DNA of 32,000 nucleotides from Sedimentisphaera cyanobacteriorum (GTDB lineage Bacteria; Planctomycetota; Phycisphaerae; Sedimentisphaerales; Sedimentisphaeraceae): NCBI RefSeq assembly GCF_001997385.1, contig NZ_CP019633.1, positions 2,850,001 to 2,882,000 of the forward strand, read 5' to 3'. Shown piece by piece: positions 31,685 to 32,000 of this stretch (position 1 is its first letter; each line of letters starts with the position of its first letter). The notes under the pieces were generated by a model. It saw only the letters and a program-made list of their open reading frames with translations, ran no database searches and was not told where the DNA came from. The position numbers and the translations under genes were made by a program.

Positions 31685-32000
31685 AGAGTTTCTATAAAAC
31701 AGCATTATCATCGCTAATCACAGTATTTTTTTTGTATCTGGTTAATTATGCTGCCGGCCTAACCCTTACTTCCAGCAGCTTTCTCCTCTCTTCTGCGACA
31801 GCATTTATGCTTATATGGGGTTTGTTTTGGAAGATAGGAATCTCTGCTTCTTTAATTGCCGTGGTTATCGGAGGAATGTTTAACAAAAGAAAGGCAGTGA
31901 GGATAGGGGGCGTATTTTTTCTATTTATAGCACTGGCCTTTATAATAAGCTTGATGTTAGGACAGTGGGGGTACTATCTTAAAATGGGAGCAATAAAGGG
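31674..32000 (+). CDS. Multi-pass membrane protein, candidate immunity gene, 3' end outside the window
   Basis: The ATG is preceded by GGAGGTGG and overlaps the upstream ORF by 11 nt. The frame is open and hydrophobic to the window edge (MALKSFYKTALSSLITVFFLYLVNYAAGL...). It is absent from the track because no stop falls in the window. Confidence 0.55.

Overview
The window has two compositionally distinct parts.

(A) Positions 1 to about 13,000 hold ordinary chromosomal genes of a Gram-negative bacterium. PEP-CTERM tails, dockerin-like repeats and an ECF module suggest a PVC-type lineage (Planctomycetota/Phycisphaerae-, Lentisphaerota- or Kiritimatiellota-like). That is inference only. The genes are:
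- rpsU, found by hand because it is below the ORF-track cutoff
- a secreted protein with two dockerin-like repeats
- two PEP-CTERM proteins with identical sorting tails
- a large membrane-anchored periplasmic protein
- an LptF/LptG-family permease
- UDP-glucose 6-dehydrogenase
- a minus-strand ECF sigma/anti-sigma module
- a 26-aa extremely basic ORF with its own RBS and terminator
- a FabZ-like dehydratase and an unusually long acyl carrier protein

(B) Positions about 13,400 to 32,000 hold an RHS/YD-repeat polymorphic-toxin locus. One full-length 1664-aa RHS gene, with its toxin tip and a membrane immunity candidate, is followed by seven orphan modules.
- Each module keeps a nested-length, near-identical copy of the 3' RHS core. 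All copies align in exact register with no indels and all stop at the DPxG(L/E) cleavage motif.
- Each core copy is fused to a different AT-rich C-terminal tip and followed by its own small immunity-like ORF or ORFs.
- An IS3-family element with an A-AAA-AAC frameshift site follows the last module. After it come a fragment homologous to the primary toxin tip and a membrane ORF that runs off the window.
- The core copies are mosaic with respect to one another.

I could not confidently assign any tip to a named toxin family by eye. No rRNA, tRNA or CRISPR array was seen. No T6SS, PAAR or VgrG genes are in the window, so the export route of the RHS protein is unresolved.
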